64,000 bases of DNA from an uncultured Bacteroidales bacterium (GTDB taxonomy: Bacteria; Bacteroidota; Bacteroidia; Bacteroidales; UBA1715): positions 1,582 to 65,581 of the forward strand of contig CAYFVM010000002.1 in the NCBI GenBank assembly GCA_964346725.1, read 5' to 3'. A program made the position numbers and the translations under genes. The notes below the pieces were generated by a model. The model saw only the letters and a list, made by a program, of their open reading frames with translations. It ran no database searches and was not told the DNA's origin. Positions 11,940 through 21,756 of the stretch are shown here, piece after piece; the stretch's first letter is position 1, and each line of letters opens with the position of its first letter.

Positions 11940-12635
11940 ATGAAAGTGTATGATGAGTATGCGAAGGAGTATGATGCATGGTTTCTTGAAAATCAAAATC
12001 TGTTACAATCCGAAGTGAAATTGGTTGCGCATTTTATGCGCAATCCCGGTAAGGCCTTGTCTATTGGCTGTGGCAGTGGTCTGTTTGAAATGATTCTTGA
12101 AAAAGAATATGAAATTAGCATAAAAAATGGCCTTGAACCTTCGTCTAGTATGGCTGAAATAGCTCGCAAAAGAGGTATGAATGTAACGATTGGCTCTGCC
12201 GAAGAATTTGTTTTGGGTAGCGACCAATACGATACCTTGCTATACAATGGTTGCCCAAGTTATATTTCTGACCTTCAGCCTTCTTTCGAAAATGCGTACA
12301 AGGCATTACATAAAGGCGGAAAAATAGTTGTGATAGACGTCCCGAAGGAGAGTGGATATGCAACTCTGTATAATTTGGCAATGACATTAGGCACGTGGGA
12401 CCATCCGCTGTTGAAAGATGTACAACCTCCGCATCCGTATCCCATTGAATTTGTGAAATCGGCAAATTGGCGTACCACGGGCGAAAAAGTTGAACTAATG
12501 AAACTCGTTGGTTTTAAAAATTTCCAATTCGCTCAAACACTTACTGCTGATCCGTGTTATTCCAATGATGCCGTGGAAGAACCGTCAGAAGGCTATTCTC
12601 GTGGCTCGTATGTGGCTATTTGTGCCGAGAAATAA
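11940..12635 (+). CDS. Class I SAM-dependent methyltransferase, first gene of the riboswitch-controlled thi operon
   Basis: 231 aa from the ATG at 11940. It has SAM motif I LSIGCGSGLFE and a post-I acidic residue. The product is otherwise unassigned. Confidence 0.75.
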   Translation: MKVYDEYAKEYDAWFLENQNLLQSEVKLVAHFMRNPGKALSIGCGSGLFEMILEKEYEISIKNGLEPSSSMAEIARKRGMNVTIGSAEEFVLGSDQYDTLLYNGCPSYISDLQPSFENAYKALHKGGKIVVIDVPKESGYATLYNLAMTLGTWDHPLLKDVQPPHPYPIEFVKSANWRTTGEKVELMKLVGFKNFQFAQTLTADPCYSNDAVEEPSEGYSRGSYVAICAEK

Positions 12636-12664
12636 TATGATTTAATGCTAGAAACTTTTATACA

Positions 12665-13453
12665 ATGGACAAACAAACTATTATAACTGATTTACAAGCA
12701 ATTCGTGCGCAATCACCACTTATTCACAATATTACGAATTATGTGGTAATGAATAACACCGCAAATGCCCTGCTTGCTATAGGCGCGTCGCCCGTAATGG
12801 CGCATGCAACTGAAGAAATGGAAGAAATGACATCTATTGCATCTGCCTTGGTTTTAAATATTGGGACTCTCAGTCATTATTGGGTTGATGCAATGCTCGT
12901 AGCCGGTCATACTGCTAAGAAACTCGATATCCCTATTGTTCTCGATCCTGTTGGTGCCGGGGCTACAAATTATCGTACCGAAACCTGTAATCTTATTTTA
13001 GAAGCCTGCACACCCGATATTATCAGAGGGAACGGCTCCGAAATTATGGCATTAGTCAATAGTGAGATAAAAACCAAGGGCGTTGATAGTAGTGCGTCTT
13101 CGTCGTCGGCATTGGATGCTGCAAAATATTTGGCAAAAAAATATTCGTGCGTTGTTTCGGTGAGTGGCGCGGTTGACTACACTACCGATGGCACAAATGT
13201 TATAGAATGTCACAATGGTGTACCGTTGATGGCAAAGGTTACCGGACTTGGGTGTACAAGTTCTAGTTTGGTTGCTGCCTTTGCTACTGTCGATAAAAAT
13301 TATCTTGACGCGACTGCCGCTGCCATGGCTATTATGGGAATTGCAGGAGAAATGGCCGCAGAGAAATCAATTGGAACGGGTTCTATGCAAGTGAATTTTC
13401 TTGATGCATTGACTATCATTTCTGAAAACGATATAAATCAACGATTACGATGA
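12665..13453 (+). CDS. thiM: Hydroxyethylthiazole kinase
   Basis: 262 aa. It has PLIHNITNYVVMNNTANALLAIGASPVMAH and VVSVSGAVDY blocks typical of ThiM. Confidence 0.92.
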   Translation: MDKQTIITDLQAIRAQSPLIHNITNYVVMNNTANALLAIGASPVMAHATEEMEEMTSIASALVLNIGTLSHYWVDAMLVAGHTAKKLDIPIVLDPVGAGATNYRTETCNLILEACTPDIIRGNGSEIMALVNSEIKTKGVDSSASSSSALDAAKYLAKKYSCVVSVSGAVDYTTDGTNVIECHNGVPLMAKVTGLGCTSSSLVAAFATVDKNYLDATAAAMAIMGIAGEMAAEKSIGTGSMQVNFLDALTIISENDINQRLR

Positions 13454-14094
13454 GTAGAACACAATTTGACCCCAAACTTTATTTAGTTACCGACCGTCCG
13501 CTTTGCTTGGGACGGGAGTTGGAATGGGTTGTAGAAGAAGCCGTAAAAGGTGGCGTTACACTTGTTCAACTGCGCGAAAAGGACACAGACACGCGTCAGT
13601 TTATTGAGTTGGCTATTCGTTTGAAAAAAACGTTGGCGGCATATCATGTTCCATTGTTAATTAACGACCGCATAGATGTTGCATTGGCTGCCGATGCCGA
13701 TGGCGTTCATATAGGGCAAAGTGATATGCCATACGAGATGGCTCGTCGTTTGCTCGGCAATGAAAAAATTATTGGAATTTCACTTGAAAATGATGCCGAT
13801 GCTGCAAATGCGTTAGATGTAGACTATGTGGCAGTTTCTCCGGTGTATCTTACAAATACAAAAACGGACACAAGTGCGGCGCTCGGTTTAGATGGCGTGC
13901 GGCGAATTTCTGCGCTCTCAAATCATCCGGTTGTTGGAATTGGTGGCATGAATCAATCAACGGTAAAAGATGTGATAGCGTCAGGCGCAGATGGTGTGGC
14001 TGTGGTTTCGGCAATTTGTTCGGCCGAAAGTCCTTTGTTGGCATCACAACAACTTCTAGAACAAATACACAAAGGGCAATTTAAAAAAGAATAA
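13450..14094 (+). CDS. thiE: Thiamine-phosphate synthase
   Basis: 214 aa. ThiE/TMP-TENI motifs LYLVTDR, VQLREK, DGVHIGQSD and GIGGM are present. It overlaps thiM by 4 nt. Confidence 0.92.
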   Translation: MSRTQFDPKLYLVTDRPLCLGRELEWVVEEAVKGGVTLVQLREKDTDTRQFIELAIRLKKTLAAYHVPLLINDRIDVALAADADGVHIGQSDMPYEMARRLLGNEKIIGISLENDADAANALDVDYVAVSPVYLTNTKTDTSAALGLDGVRRISALSNHPVVGIGGMNQSTVKDVIASGADGVAVVSAICSAESPLLASQQLLEQIHKGQFKKE

Positions 14095-14742
14095 ATGGAA
14101 AAATGGAGCGAAAAGGCTTGGAAACATTCGTTGCCAACCTATACTAAAATATTAGAAATGCCATATATCAAGGAACTTATGGCCGGAACGTTGCCCCAGC
14201 AATGTTTTAAGTTTTACATTCAGCAAGATGCGTTGTATTTGAAAGACTACGGCATGGCATTGAGCAAGATTGCAGAATTATTGCCAAATCCCGCGCACAA
14301 AAAACTCTTTACGTTTTTTGCCGAAGGTGCTGTGCTTTGTGAGCAACAATTGCATGAAAGTTTTATTAAAAAATTGCAAATAGAACCACAAACGCAGAAA
14401 TCAAAAGCATGTCAGAGTTATACCAACTTCTTGAATGACTGCACACGCCGAGGCGATTTGGAGCTATCGTTGGCCGCAGTTTTGCCGTGTTTTTGGGTGT
14501 ATAATGAGGTTGGTAAATATATCGTTGCCAATCAAAGTAAGAGTGGTAACAATCCGTACCAAGATTGGATTGACACCTATTCGTGTGATGAATTCGACAA
14601 CGAAGTTCGTCAGTGTATAGACGTTTGTGATGAATATGCCTCGGCTTCGCCTGAAAAACAGGGCGCAATGACCGAAGCATATAATATTGCAACTCATGCC
14701 GAGTTTGAATTTTGGGATAGCGCATATAGATTGGATTTATAA
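14095..14742 (+). CDS. tenA: TenA-family aminopyrimidine aminohydrolase (thiaminase II)
   Basis: 215 aa. It shows the TenA/THI-4 pattern (FKFYIQQDALYLKDY ... LPCFWVYNEVG ... YQDWIDTYS). Confidence 0.88.
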   Translation: MEKWSEKAWKHSLPTYTKILEMPYIKELMAGTLPQQCFKFYIQQDALYLKDYGMALSKIAELLPNPAHKKLFTFFAEGAVLCEQQLHESFIKKLQIEPQTQKSKACQSYTNFLNDCTRRGDLELSLAAVLPCFWVYNEVGKYIVANQSKSGNNPYQDWIDTYSCDEFDNEVRQCIDVCDEYASASPEKQGAMTEAYNIATHAEFEFWDSAYRLDL

Positions 14743-14755
14743 CAACAAGGTAGAT

Positions 14756-15787
14756 ATGAATTTAAAAGAAATAGGAGAATTTGGTTTTATAGAGCGCTTT
14801 CGCCCACAGTTTGATGACATTGTATGCGAATCAGCTCTTGGCATAGGAGATGATTGTGCCGTAATTGCGGTAAATAGTGAAACCGATTGGCTGGTCACTA
14901 CTGATATGTTGGTTGAGTATATTCATTTTTTGCGTAACGATATTTCACCATACGAACTTGGGTACAAATCTGCAGCCGTGAACATTAGCGATGTGGCGGC
15001 TATGGGAGGAAAACCATTTTGTTCGTTTTTGTCAGTCGCTATTCCTATGGATTGCTCCGTAGAATATCTCGATGAATTTATGCGCGGGTATCATGCCATT
15101 TGTAAAAAATACAACGTGGCTTTGCTTGGCGGTGACACCACCAAATCGGTGAAACATTTTACTATTAATGTTGGAATAATTGGAAGCATTGCGCACGGAA
15201 AAGCAAAATTGCGTTCGTCGGCCCATGTCGGTGATTTGATTTGCACCACCGGTTTGCTTGGCGACTCTGCCGGAGGTTTACGATTGATTCTTGACAGCAA
15301 AAGAGACGCTTCGCAACCCGAAAAAAAATATTTGTTGGAACGACATTGTGTTCCTGAACCTCGAGTGAACGAAGGAATGTTTCTTGCCAAGTTCTCTGGG
15401 GTACATGCTATGATGGATATTTCAGACGGCATTGCTTCGGATTTGCGTCACATTTTGGAGCAAACAAAAAACATTGATGCGGAGGTTGATTTGGAAACAA
15501 TACCAATGTCGGCGCAGCTTGTTACCGTTGCTCAAGAAGAAGGATGGAATGCGGTGGAATTGGCCACGAGTGGTGGCGAAGATTATGAATTATTGTTCAC
15601 CCTTGCTGAATCAGATTTTGCTGAAATAAAACGGGAATACGAACAGAAATTTAAAACGCCGCTGTATTGCATTGGAAAAATTGCCGAAAAACAAGACGCG
15701 AATTCTTCTGTAGGAACTATCAGATGGCGCGAAAATGGCACAGAGGTGGCGTTTATGAAAGATGGATTTAATCATTTTGCATCATAA
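14756..15787 (+). CDS. thiL: Thiamine-monophosphate kinase
   Basis: It has the AIR-synthase-related fold motifs GEFGFIERF, LGIGDDCAV, DISDGIASDL and SGGEDYELLFT. The ATG at 14756 lies after the tenA stop. Confidence 0.9.
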   Translation: MNLKEIGEFGFIERFRPQFDDIVCESALGIGDDCAVIAVNSETDWLVTTDMLVEYIHFLRNDISPYELGYKSAAVNISDVAAMGGKPFCSFLSVAIPMDCSVEYLDEFMRGYHAICKKYNVALLGGDTTKSVKHFTINVGIIGSIAHGKAKLRSSAHVGDLICTTGLLGDSAGGLRLILDSKRDASQPEKKYLLERHCVPEPRVNEGMFLAKFSGVHAMMDISDGIASDLRHILEQTKNIDAEVDLETIPMSAQLVTVAQEEGWNAVELATSGGEDYELLFTLAESDFAEIKREYEQKFKTPLYCIGKIAEKQDANSSVGTIRWRENGTEVAFMKDGFNHFAS

Positions 15788-15805
15788 AATTTAAAAATCA
15801 AGATA

Positions 15806-16618
15806 ATGAAAACATATAAACGAGTGTTGACAATTGCCGGAAGCGATTCGGGCGGAGGAGCAGGAATTCAGGCTGATATCAAGACAATTTCTGCTTGTGG
15901 ATGTTTTGCCACATCGGCAATTACGGCCGTTACGGTACAAAATACCGTGGGCGTGTGTGCTGTGCAGGATATGCCGGTAGCCATTGTGCGAGGTCAAATT
16001 GATGCCGTTTTGAGGGATATTGGGACAGATGCGGTAAAAATTGGTATGCTCAGTTCAACGGAAATTATTATGGGAATAAAAGAGGAATTGCTCTCTCACA
16101 AACTTACCAATGTTGTGCTCGATCCCGTGATGGTCTCAACTTCGGGGCATAAATTGTTACAAGACGACGCCATTGAAACTCTTAAAAACGAGTTGTTGCC
16201 TTGCGCACGAGTTATTACGCCAAATATTCCGGAAGCAGAAATTTTACTTGGTCATAAAATTGAAATGCAGAATCAATTACCTGAATACGCACGTGAGTTG
16301 GCAAAAACGTATGGTACTTCGGTGTTGCTAAAGGCTGGACATTTAACTGAAAATGAGCTTGTTGATGTTTTTTATAACGCAGAAACCAACGAAACTGTGT
16401 TTTTGAAATCGCCACGACAATACACCAAAAACACGCACGGAACCGGATGCACCCTGTCAAGCGCGTTTGCTTCTTTTTTAGCCAAAGGCTATTCGCTTAA
16501 CGAAGCGGCCGTGAATGCGAAAGAGTATCTCTCTCAGGCCATTATAGCAGGTGCCGAATACGAAATTGGTCGCGGTCATGGACCGGTTTGTCACTTTTGG
16601 CAATGGTGGGGAAAGTAA
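15806..16618 (+). CDS. thiD: Hydroxymethylpyrimidine/phosphomethylpyrimidine kinase
   Basis: 270 aa. ThiD motifs VLTIAGSDSGGGAGIQADIKT, DPVMVSTSG and THGTGCTLSSA are present. Confidence 0.93.
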   Translation: MKTYKRVLTIAGSDSGGGAGIQADIKTISACGCFATSAITAVTVQNTVGVCAVQDMPVAIVRGQIDAVLRDIGTDAVKIGMLSSTEIIMGIKEELLSHKLTNVVLDPVMVSTSGHKLLQDDAIETLKNELLPCARVITPNIPEAEILLGHKIEMQNQLPEYARELAKTYGTSVLLKAGHLTENELVDVFYNAETNETVFLKSPRQYTKNTHGTGCTLSSAFASFLAKGYSLNEAAVNAKEYLSQAIIAGAEYEIGRGHGPVCHFWQWWGK

Positions 16619-16756
16619 CCCCAAATAAGTAAAGTTGAGATGTTTTTTTTGATTTAAATAAGTTGTACTCAAAAGAGAAACAAATTACTCAGAATCGGGA
16701 AAAAATTTCTATCTTTCGCCGGCAAAAAATGAATGTATAAATTTTAAACATAAACT

Positions 16757-19192
16757 ATGAAATACGGCTATTTCGATGACGCGAACAGAGAGTACGTCAT
16801 CACAAATCCCAAAACTCCTTATCCTTGGATTAACTATTTAGGAAACGAAGATTTCTTTTCTTTGGTTTCTAACACAGGAGGAGGTTACACGTTTTACAAA
16901 GACGCAAAATTCCGTCGTTTAACTCGTTATCGTTACAACAACGTACCAACAGATAATGGCGGTAAATATTTCTATATCAAAGACGGCGACACTGTTTGGA
17001 ATCCAGGATGGAAACCGGTGAAAACTCAACTTGATAGCTACGAGTGCCACCATGGTATGAGTTATACTCGCATCAAAGGTTCCAAAAATGGCGTAAGTGC
17101 TGATGTTCTTCAATTTGTGCCACTTGGATTTTGGGGCGAACTTTTGAAAGTAACATTAACCAACGACTCAAAAGAGACAAAGAAATTGAAATTGTTCTCT
17201 TTCATTGAATGGTGTTTGTGGAATGCTTCTGACGATATGGAAAATTTCCAACGTAACTTTTCAACCGGTGAAGTGGAGATTGAAGGTTCTGTAATTTATC
17301 ACAAAACAGAATTCAAAGAACGTCGTAATCACTATGCTTTCTATTCAGTAAATACTCCAATTCAAGGATATGACACTGACCGCGAATCATTCGTAGGTCT
17401 ATACAATGGTTTCGATTGTCCTGACGCTGTAATGGAAGGAAAACCAAGAAATACGGTAGCTCACGGATGGTCTCCTATCGCTTCTCATTATATTGAAGTA
17501 GAATTGGCTCCAGGTGCAAGCAAAGATTTCATCTTCATGCTTGGTTACGTTGAAGTTACTCCAGAAGAAAAATGGGAAAGCAAGTTGGTTATCAATAAGA
17601 AACCAGCTAAAGCAATGATTGCGAAATATGATACAGCCGAAAAAGTAAAAGCTGCTTTTGACGAACTTCGTTCATATTGGGACAATCTTTTGGGCAAAAT
17701 TACTATTAAGTCTAACGACAACCGCTTAGACAGAATGGTAAACATCTGGAATCAATATCAATGTATGATTACTTTCAACATGAGCCGTTCTGCATCGTTC
17801 TTCGAATCAGGAATTGGCCGTGGTATGGGCTTCCGTGATAGCAACCAAGATTTGATTGGTTTCGTACATCAAATCCCTGCTCGTGCTCGTGAAAGAATCC
17901 TCGATATTGCTGCAACTCAGTTTGAAGATGGTTCTTGCTATCACCAATATCAACCACTTACCAAAAAAGGTAACTCGGCAATTGGTGGCGACTTCAACGA
18001 TGACCCACTTTGGTTGATTTTGTCAACAACAGAATACATCAAAGAAACAGGAGATTATACAATCCTTGATGAGCAAGTTCCTTTTGACAACGATGAATCA
18101 AAAGCAAAATCTCATTTCGATCACTTGAAAGTTTCTTTCTATCACGTTGTGAACAACTTAGGCCCACACAAATTACCGTTGATTGGCCGTGCCGATTGGA
18201 ACGATTGCTTGAATTTGAACTGTTTCTCTAACGATCCAAACGAATCATTCCAAACTACAGGAAACAAAAAAGGAAGAACTGCTGAATCACTTATGATTGC
18301 TGGCTTGTTCGTTCTTTACGGAAAAGAATTTGTAAAACTTTGCGATAAAATCGGAAAACACGACGAAGCTGTTGCCGCTCAAAAACATGTTGATGACATG
18401 ATTGAAGCAGTGAAGAAAGATGGTTGGGATGGCGATTGGTATTTGCGTGCATACGATTACTTTGGTCGTAAAGTTGGTTCAAAAGAAAATGAAGAGTCAA
18501 AAATCTTCATTGAATCACAAGGATGGTGTACTATGGCTGAAATCGGAAAAGAAGACGGCATGGTTAAAAAGGCTTTGGATTCAGTAAAAGAACGTCTTGA
18601 TTGCGAATACGGTATTGTGTTGAACAATCCTGCATTTACAAAATACTACATTGAATACGGTGAAATTTCAACATATCCAGCTGGATATAAAGAAAATGCC
18701 GGAATATTCTGCCATAACAATCCTTGGATTATGATTGGTGAAACAATGATTGGTCGCGGAGATAGAGCGTATGAATACTATACGAAGATAGCTCCAAGTT
18801 TCTTGGAAGAAATTTCTGACTTACACAAAGTTGAACCTTATGTATATTGCCAAATGATTGCCGGTAAAGATGCATATCGTCCGGGAGAAGGTAAAAACTC
18901 ATGGTTGTCTGGTACTGCAGCTTGGAACTTCTATGCAATTATCCAATACATTTTAGGTTTGAAACCGGATTATGATGGAATTACTATCAATCCATGTATT
19001 CCAACAAAATGGGATGGATTCTCTATGCAACGTAAATTCCGTGATGCAACATACAATATCACAGTTAAAAACCCAGCACATGTAAGCAAAGGTGTGAAAT
19101 CTATAACGATAGATGGAAAACCAGTAAATGGCATTGTTATACCATTGCAAGCTGCTGGAACAACTCATGATGTTGAAGTGATAATGGGATAA
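16757..19192 (+). CDS. GH94 cellobiose (or related beta-glucan/chitobiose) phosphorylase
   Basis: 811 aa. The N-terminus [29 protein letters not shown]...[18 protein letters not shown] and [37 protein letters not shown] closely match my recollection of clostridial cellobiose phosphorylases. Confidence 0.88.
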   Translation: MKYGYFDDANREYVITNPKTPYPWINYLGNEDFFSLVSNTGGGYTFYKDAKFRRLTRYRYNNVPTDNGGKYFYIKDGDTVWNPGWKPVKTQLDSYECHHGMSYTRIKGSKNGVSADVLQFVPLGFWGELLKVTLTNDSKETKKLKLFSFIEWCLWNASDDMENFQRNFSTGEVEIEGSVIYHKTEFKERRNHYAFYSVNTPIQGYDTDRESFVGLYNGFDCPDAVMEGKPRNTVAHGWSPIASHYIEVELAPGASKDFIFMLGYVEVTPEEKWESKLVINKKPAKAMIAKYDTAEKVKAAFDELRSYWDNLLGKITIKSNDNRLDRMVNIWNQYQCMITFNMSRSASFFESGIGRGMGFRDSNQDLIGFVHQIPARARERILDIAATQFEDGSCYHQYQPLTKKGNSAIGGDFNDDPLWLILSTTEYIKETGDYTILDEQVPFDNDESKAKSHFDHLKVSFYHVVNNLGPHKLPLIGRADWNDCLNLNCFSNDPNESFQTTGNKKGRTAESLMIAGLFVLYGKEFVKLCDKIGKHDEAVAAQKHVDDMIEAVKKDGWDGDWYLRAYDYFGRKVGSKENEESKIFIESQGWCTMAEIGKEDGMVKKALDSVKERLDCEYGIVLNNPAFTKYYIEYGEISTYPAGYKENAGIFCHNNPWIMIGETMIGRGDRAYEYYTKIAPSFLEEISDLHKVEPYVYCQMIAGKDAYRPGEGKNSWLSGTAAWNFYAIIQYILGLKPDYDGITINPCIPTKWDGFSMQRKFRDATYNITVKNPAHVSKGVKSITIDGKPVNGIVIPLQAAGTTHDVEVIMG

Positions 19193-19211
19193 TTCTAATC
19201 CCGTAAACAAT

Positions 19212-19249
19212 AAAAAATCCGATGAGAGTTTTCTTATCGGATTTTTTTG
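19212..19249 (+). terminator. Rho-independent terminator after the GH94 gene
   Basis: The arms are AAAAAATCCGAT (19212-19223) and ATCGGATTTTTT (19236-19247), and the stem runs into a T-run. Confidence 0.75.
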
Positions 19250-19263
19250 TAATTTAACCAAGC

Positions 19264-20445
19264 ATGAATTCAAGTAAAAGGAGAAAAATATTGTTTTTAT
19301 CTGCTTGGTATCCAAATAGATATGATGCAATGTCTGGTTTGTTTGTTAGAAAACATGCCGATTGTGTCTCACGATTTGCCGAAGTCATTGTACTCTATCC
19401 TTGCCCAACTCAAAACAACGATGAAACGGGAATTGTAGAACGGAGATACAATAACGTGCGAGAGATTTATGTGTATTATCATCACGCTCATAATAAAATA
19501 GAGAAAGCCGTTGCGTATTTTGCTGCATTTTTTCGTGGTTTTCGCTTTGTGGAAAATCACTATGGTCGTCCTGATATTTGTCATGTGAATATTTTGACAC
19601 GAGCTGGCGTTTGTGCTCTTGTTTTGCAGATGTTATATGGAATTCCCTACGTCATTACTGAACACTGGACGCGTTATTTGCCCGAAAATAATTCATATCA
19701 TGGCCTTCTACGAAAACTCTGTACAAAGTTTGTGGTAGTAAAGGCAAAATCAATTTCAACAGTTTCAGAGATGTTGGAAAAGGCGATGAAATTACATGGG
19801 TTGAGAAACAATTACGTTCATTTGAATAATGTGGTAGATGACTTCTTTTTTAATGACCAACTAAAAAAGCCTTCTCAAAAAAAACAGATATTGCTCGTGT
19901 CTTGTTTTAATGAACCTGCAAAAAATGTCTGCGGAATCGTGCGAACTATTAAACGTCTTTCGCAAAGGAGAAAAGATTTCGTTTTGACTATTGTTGGCGA
20001 TGGAAAAGATTTTTTGCAAGTAAAAGAATATGCCGCTTCATTGAATTTAACGTCAGATGAGGTTCAATTTGTAGGAGAAAAGACACCTGAGGTAGTTAGC
20101 ACATATTTTCATCAATGCGATTTTTCAATTCTTTTTTCAAATTATGAAACGGCATCAATAGTAATTATGGAAAGTTTGGCTTCGGGAAGACCTATCGTAA
20201 CAACGAATGTGGGAATAGTGCCCGAAGTTATAACAAAAGAAAACGGAATTATTGTTCCTCCACAAGATGAAGATGCCTTTTTTCAAGCTATTTCGCGTAT
20301 GCTTGATACATACTCAAGCTATTCGTCAGAGGTAGTTAGAGATAGCGCAAAACCATATTCGTATGATGAGGTAGCGAAGCAATTACAGAACTTGTATTCG
20401 TTCGCAAAATCAAGCCCAATATCGTTTCCGAAACGAAAGAATTAA
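19264..20445 (+). CDS. GT4-family (GT-B) glycosyltransferase
   Basis: 393 aa. The C-terminal half has the GT1/GT4 signature (TIVGDGKD ... ETASIVIMESLASGRPIVTTNVGIVPEVI). Confidence 0.8.
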   Translation: MNSSKRRKILFLSAWYPNRYDAMSGLFVRKHADCVSRFAEVIVLYPCPTQNNDETGIVERRYNNVREIYVYYHHAHNKIEKAVAYFAAFFRGFRFVENHYGRPDICHVNILTRAGVCALVLQMLYGIPYVITEHWTRYLPENNSYHGLLRKLCTKFVVVKAKSISTVSEMLEKAMKLHGLRNNYVHLNNVVDDFFFNDQLKKPSQKKQILLVSCFNEPAKNVCGIVRTIKRLSQRRKDFVLTIVGDGKDFLQVKEYAASLNLTSDEVQFVGEKTPEVVSTYFHQCDFSILFSNYETASIVIMESLASGRPIVTTNVGIVPEVITKENGIIVPPQDEDAFFQAISRMLDTYSSYSSEVVRDSAKPYSYDEVAKQLQNLYSFAKSSPISFPKRKN

Positions 20446-21744
20446 CCCAAGGGAAACTATTGCAGCAAGAATTTCGGCAACATTTACCGAAAGCCAAATG
20501 CCATCAATGCCAAGAATTGCAGGCAAGATAAACACCGCTCCCATTTCAAAAATAAGTGTTCGTGTGAACGCAGCAACTGCCGAAACTATTCCGTTGTTCA
20601 GGGCCGTAAATAACGCAGACGTAAACATATTCATTCCACACAAAATGAAGCTGAGCATGTATATGCGATAGGCTCGTACAGTGAAATGATAGAGAACTTC
20701 ATCGTATCCAACGAAAAAACGAACAACGCCACTACATATTATTTGAGCAAGTAGCGTGAGCGCAATTCCTGAAACGAGCATATGTGTAAAACTTTTTTTG
20801 AACAGGCTTTGTAGTTCAGACCTGTTTTTTGCTCCATAATTAAAGGATATAACTGGCGATATGGCAATGTTGTATCCGATAAGAAACGCTGCATAAATAA
20901 AGCCGAGATACATTAAGATTCCGTATGCAGCTACACCGTTTTCTCCCACGTGTTTCATGAGTTGCATGTTGTAGCAAACGCTCACGATTGAGAGAGCAAT
21001 ATTTCCGACAAATTCGGACAATCCATTGGTACATGTTTTTATAATTGCATGGTAATCAATAGAAAATCGTATGAGTTGTAACGAACTTTTGTTTCGTTTT
21101 GACAAAAAGTAGTATAAGGGAAATATTCCTCCAATAAATTGAGCAATCATAGTTGCGGTAGCTGCTCCGGCAAGTCCCCATTTGAAAACCACAATAAAGA
21201 GTGCATCAAGGACTATATTGATGCATCCGCAAATGATGGTTATTTTTGTACCAAGTTGAGGTCGCTCAGCTGCCATGTAAAACGATTGGAATGCCATTTG
21301 GAGCATAAATGCGACCATTGAAAGGAGCAATATGCGCGCATAAATAACGCAGTCTTTCAACATTTCTCCTTCTTCGGCACCAAGTGCAAGTGCAATCTTG
21401 GGAATAAATATAAAAAGTAGCGTGCTGCTGACTATTCCAACCACAATGGTGACCGCAATGAGCAACGAGAATATTTCATTTGCATGATGCATATTGCCTT
21501 CGCCTTTGATTTTAGCCACGAGTGCGTTGCCTCCTGTTCCAATCATAATACCGAGTGCGCTAACAATCATCATAATCGGATACACTAAATTGAGTGCGGC
21601 AAAAGCTGTAGTGCCAACAAAATTTGAGACAAAAATTCCATCAACAATGCTGTACACCGAAATGGCCAACATCATGAGGATAGATGGGATAGTGGTTTTT
21701 AAAATCCGACTATAGTTATAGTGTCCAGATAGTTCTATTTTCAT
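20410..21744 (-). CDS. MATE-family efflux transporter
   Basis: 444 aa and polytopic. The N-terminus TTIPSILMMLAISVYSIVDGIFVSNFVG and the internal repeat are typical of MATE/NorM proteins. Confidence 0.85.
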   Translation of the reverse strand: MKIELSGHYNYSRILKTTIPSILMMLAISVYSIVDGIFVSNFVGTTAFAALNLVYPIMMIVSALGIMIGTGGNALVAKIKGEGNMHHANEIFSLLIAVTIVVGIVSSTLLFIFIPKIALALGAEEGEMLKDCVIYARILLLSMVAFMLQMAFQSFYMAAERPQLGTKITIICGCINIVLDALFIVVFKWGLAGAATATMIAQFIGGIFPLYYFLSKRNKSSLQLIRFSIDYHAIIKTCTNGLSEFVGNIALSIVSVCYNMQLMKHVGENGVAAYGILMYLGFIYAAFLIGYNIAISPVISFNYGAKNRSELQSLFKKSFTHMLVSGIALTLLAQIICSGVVRFFVGYDEVLYHFTVRAYRIYMLSFILCGMNMFTSALFTALNNGIVSAVAAFTRTLIFEMGAVFILPAILGIDGIWLSVNVAEILAAIVSLGLILSFRKRYWA

Positions 21745-21756
21745 ATATAGGTTGCA

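Noticed and set aside
11524-11979. A 151-aa minus-strand ORF spans the TPP riboswitch.
   Set aside because: It overlaps a well-defined riboswitch and the 3' end of the SpoU methyltransferase gene. It is His/Ser-rich nonsense with no homologue I recognise.
14366-14725. Overlapping alternative-frame ORFs lie inside tenA and thiL (14366-14725 -, 14435-14620 +, 14464-14697 -; also 15091-15432 -).
   Set aside because: They are shadow ORFs within confidently assigned thiamine genes.
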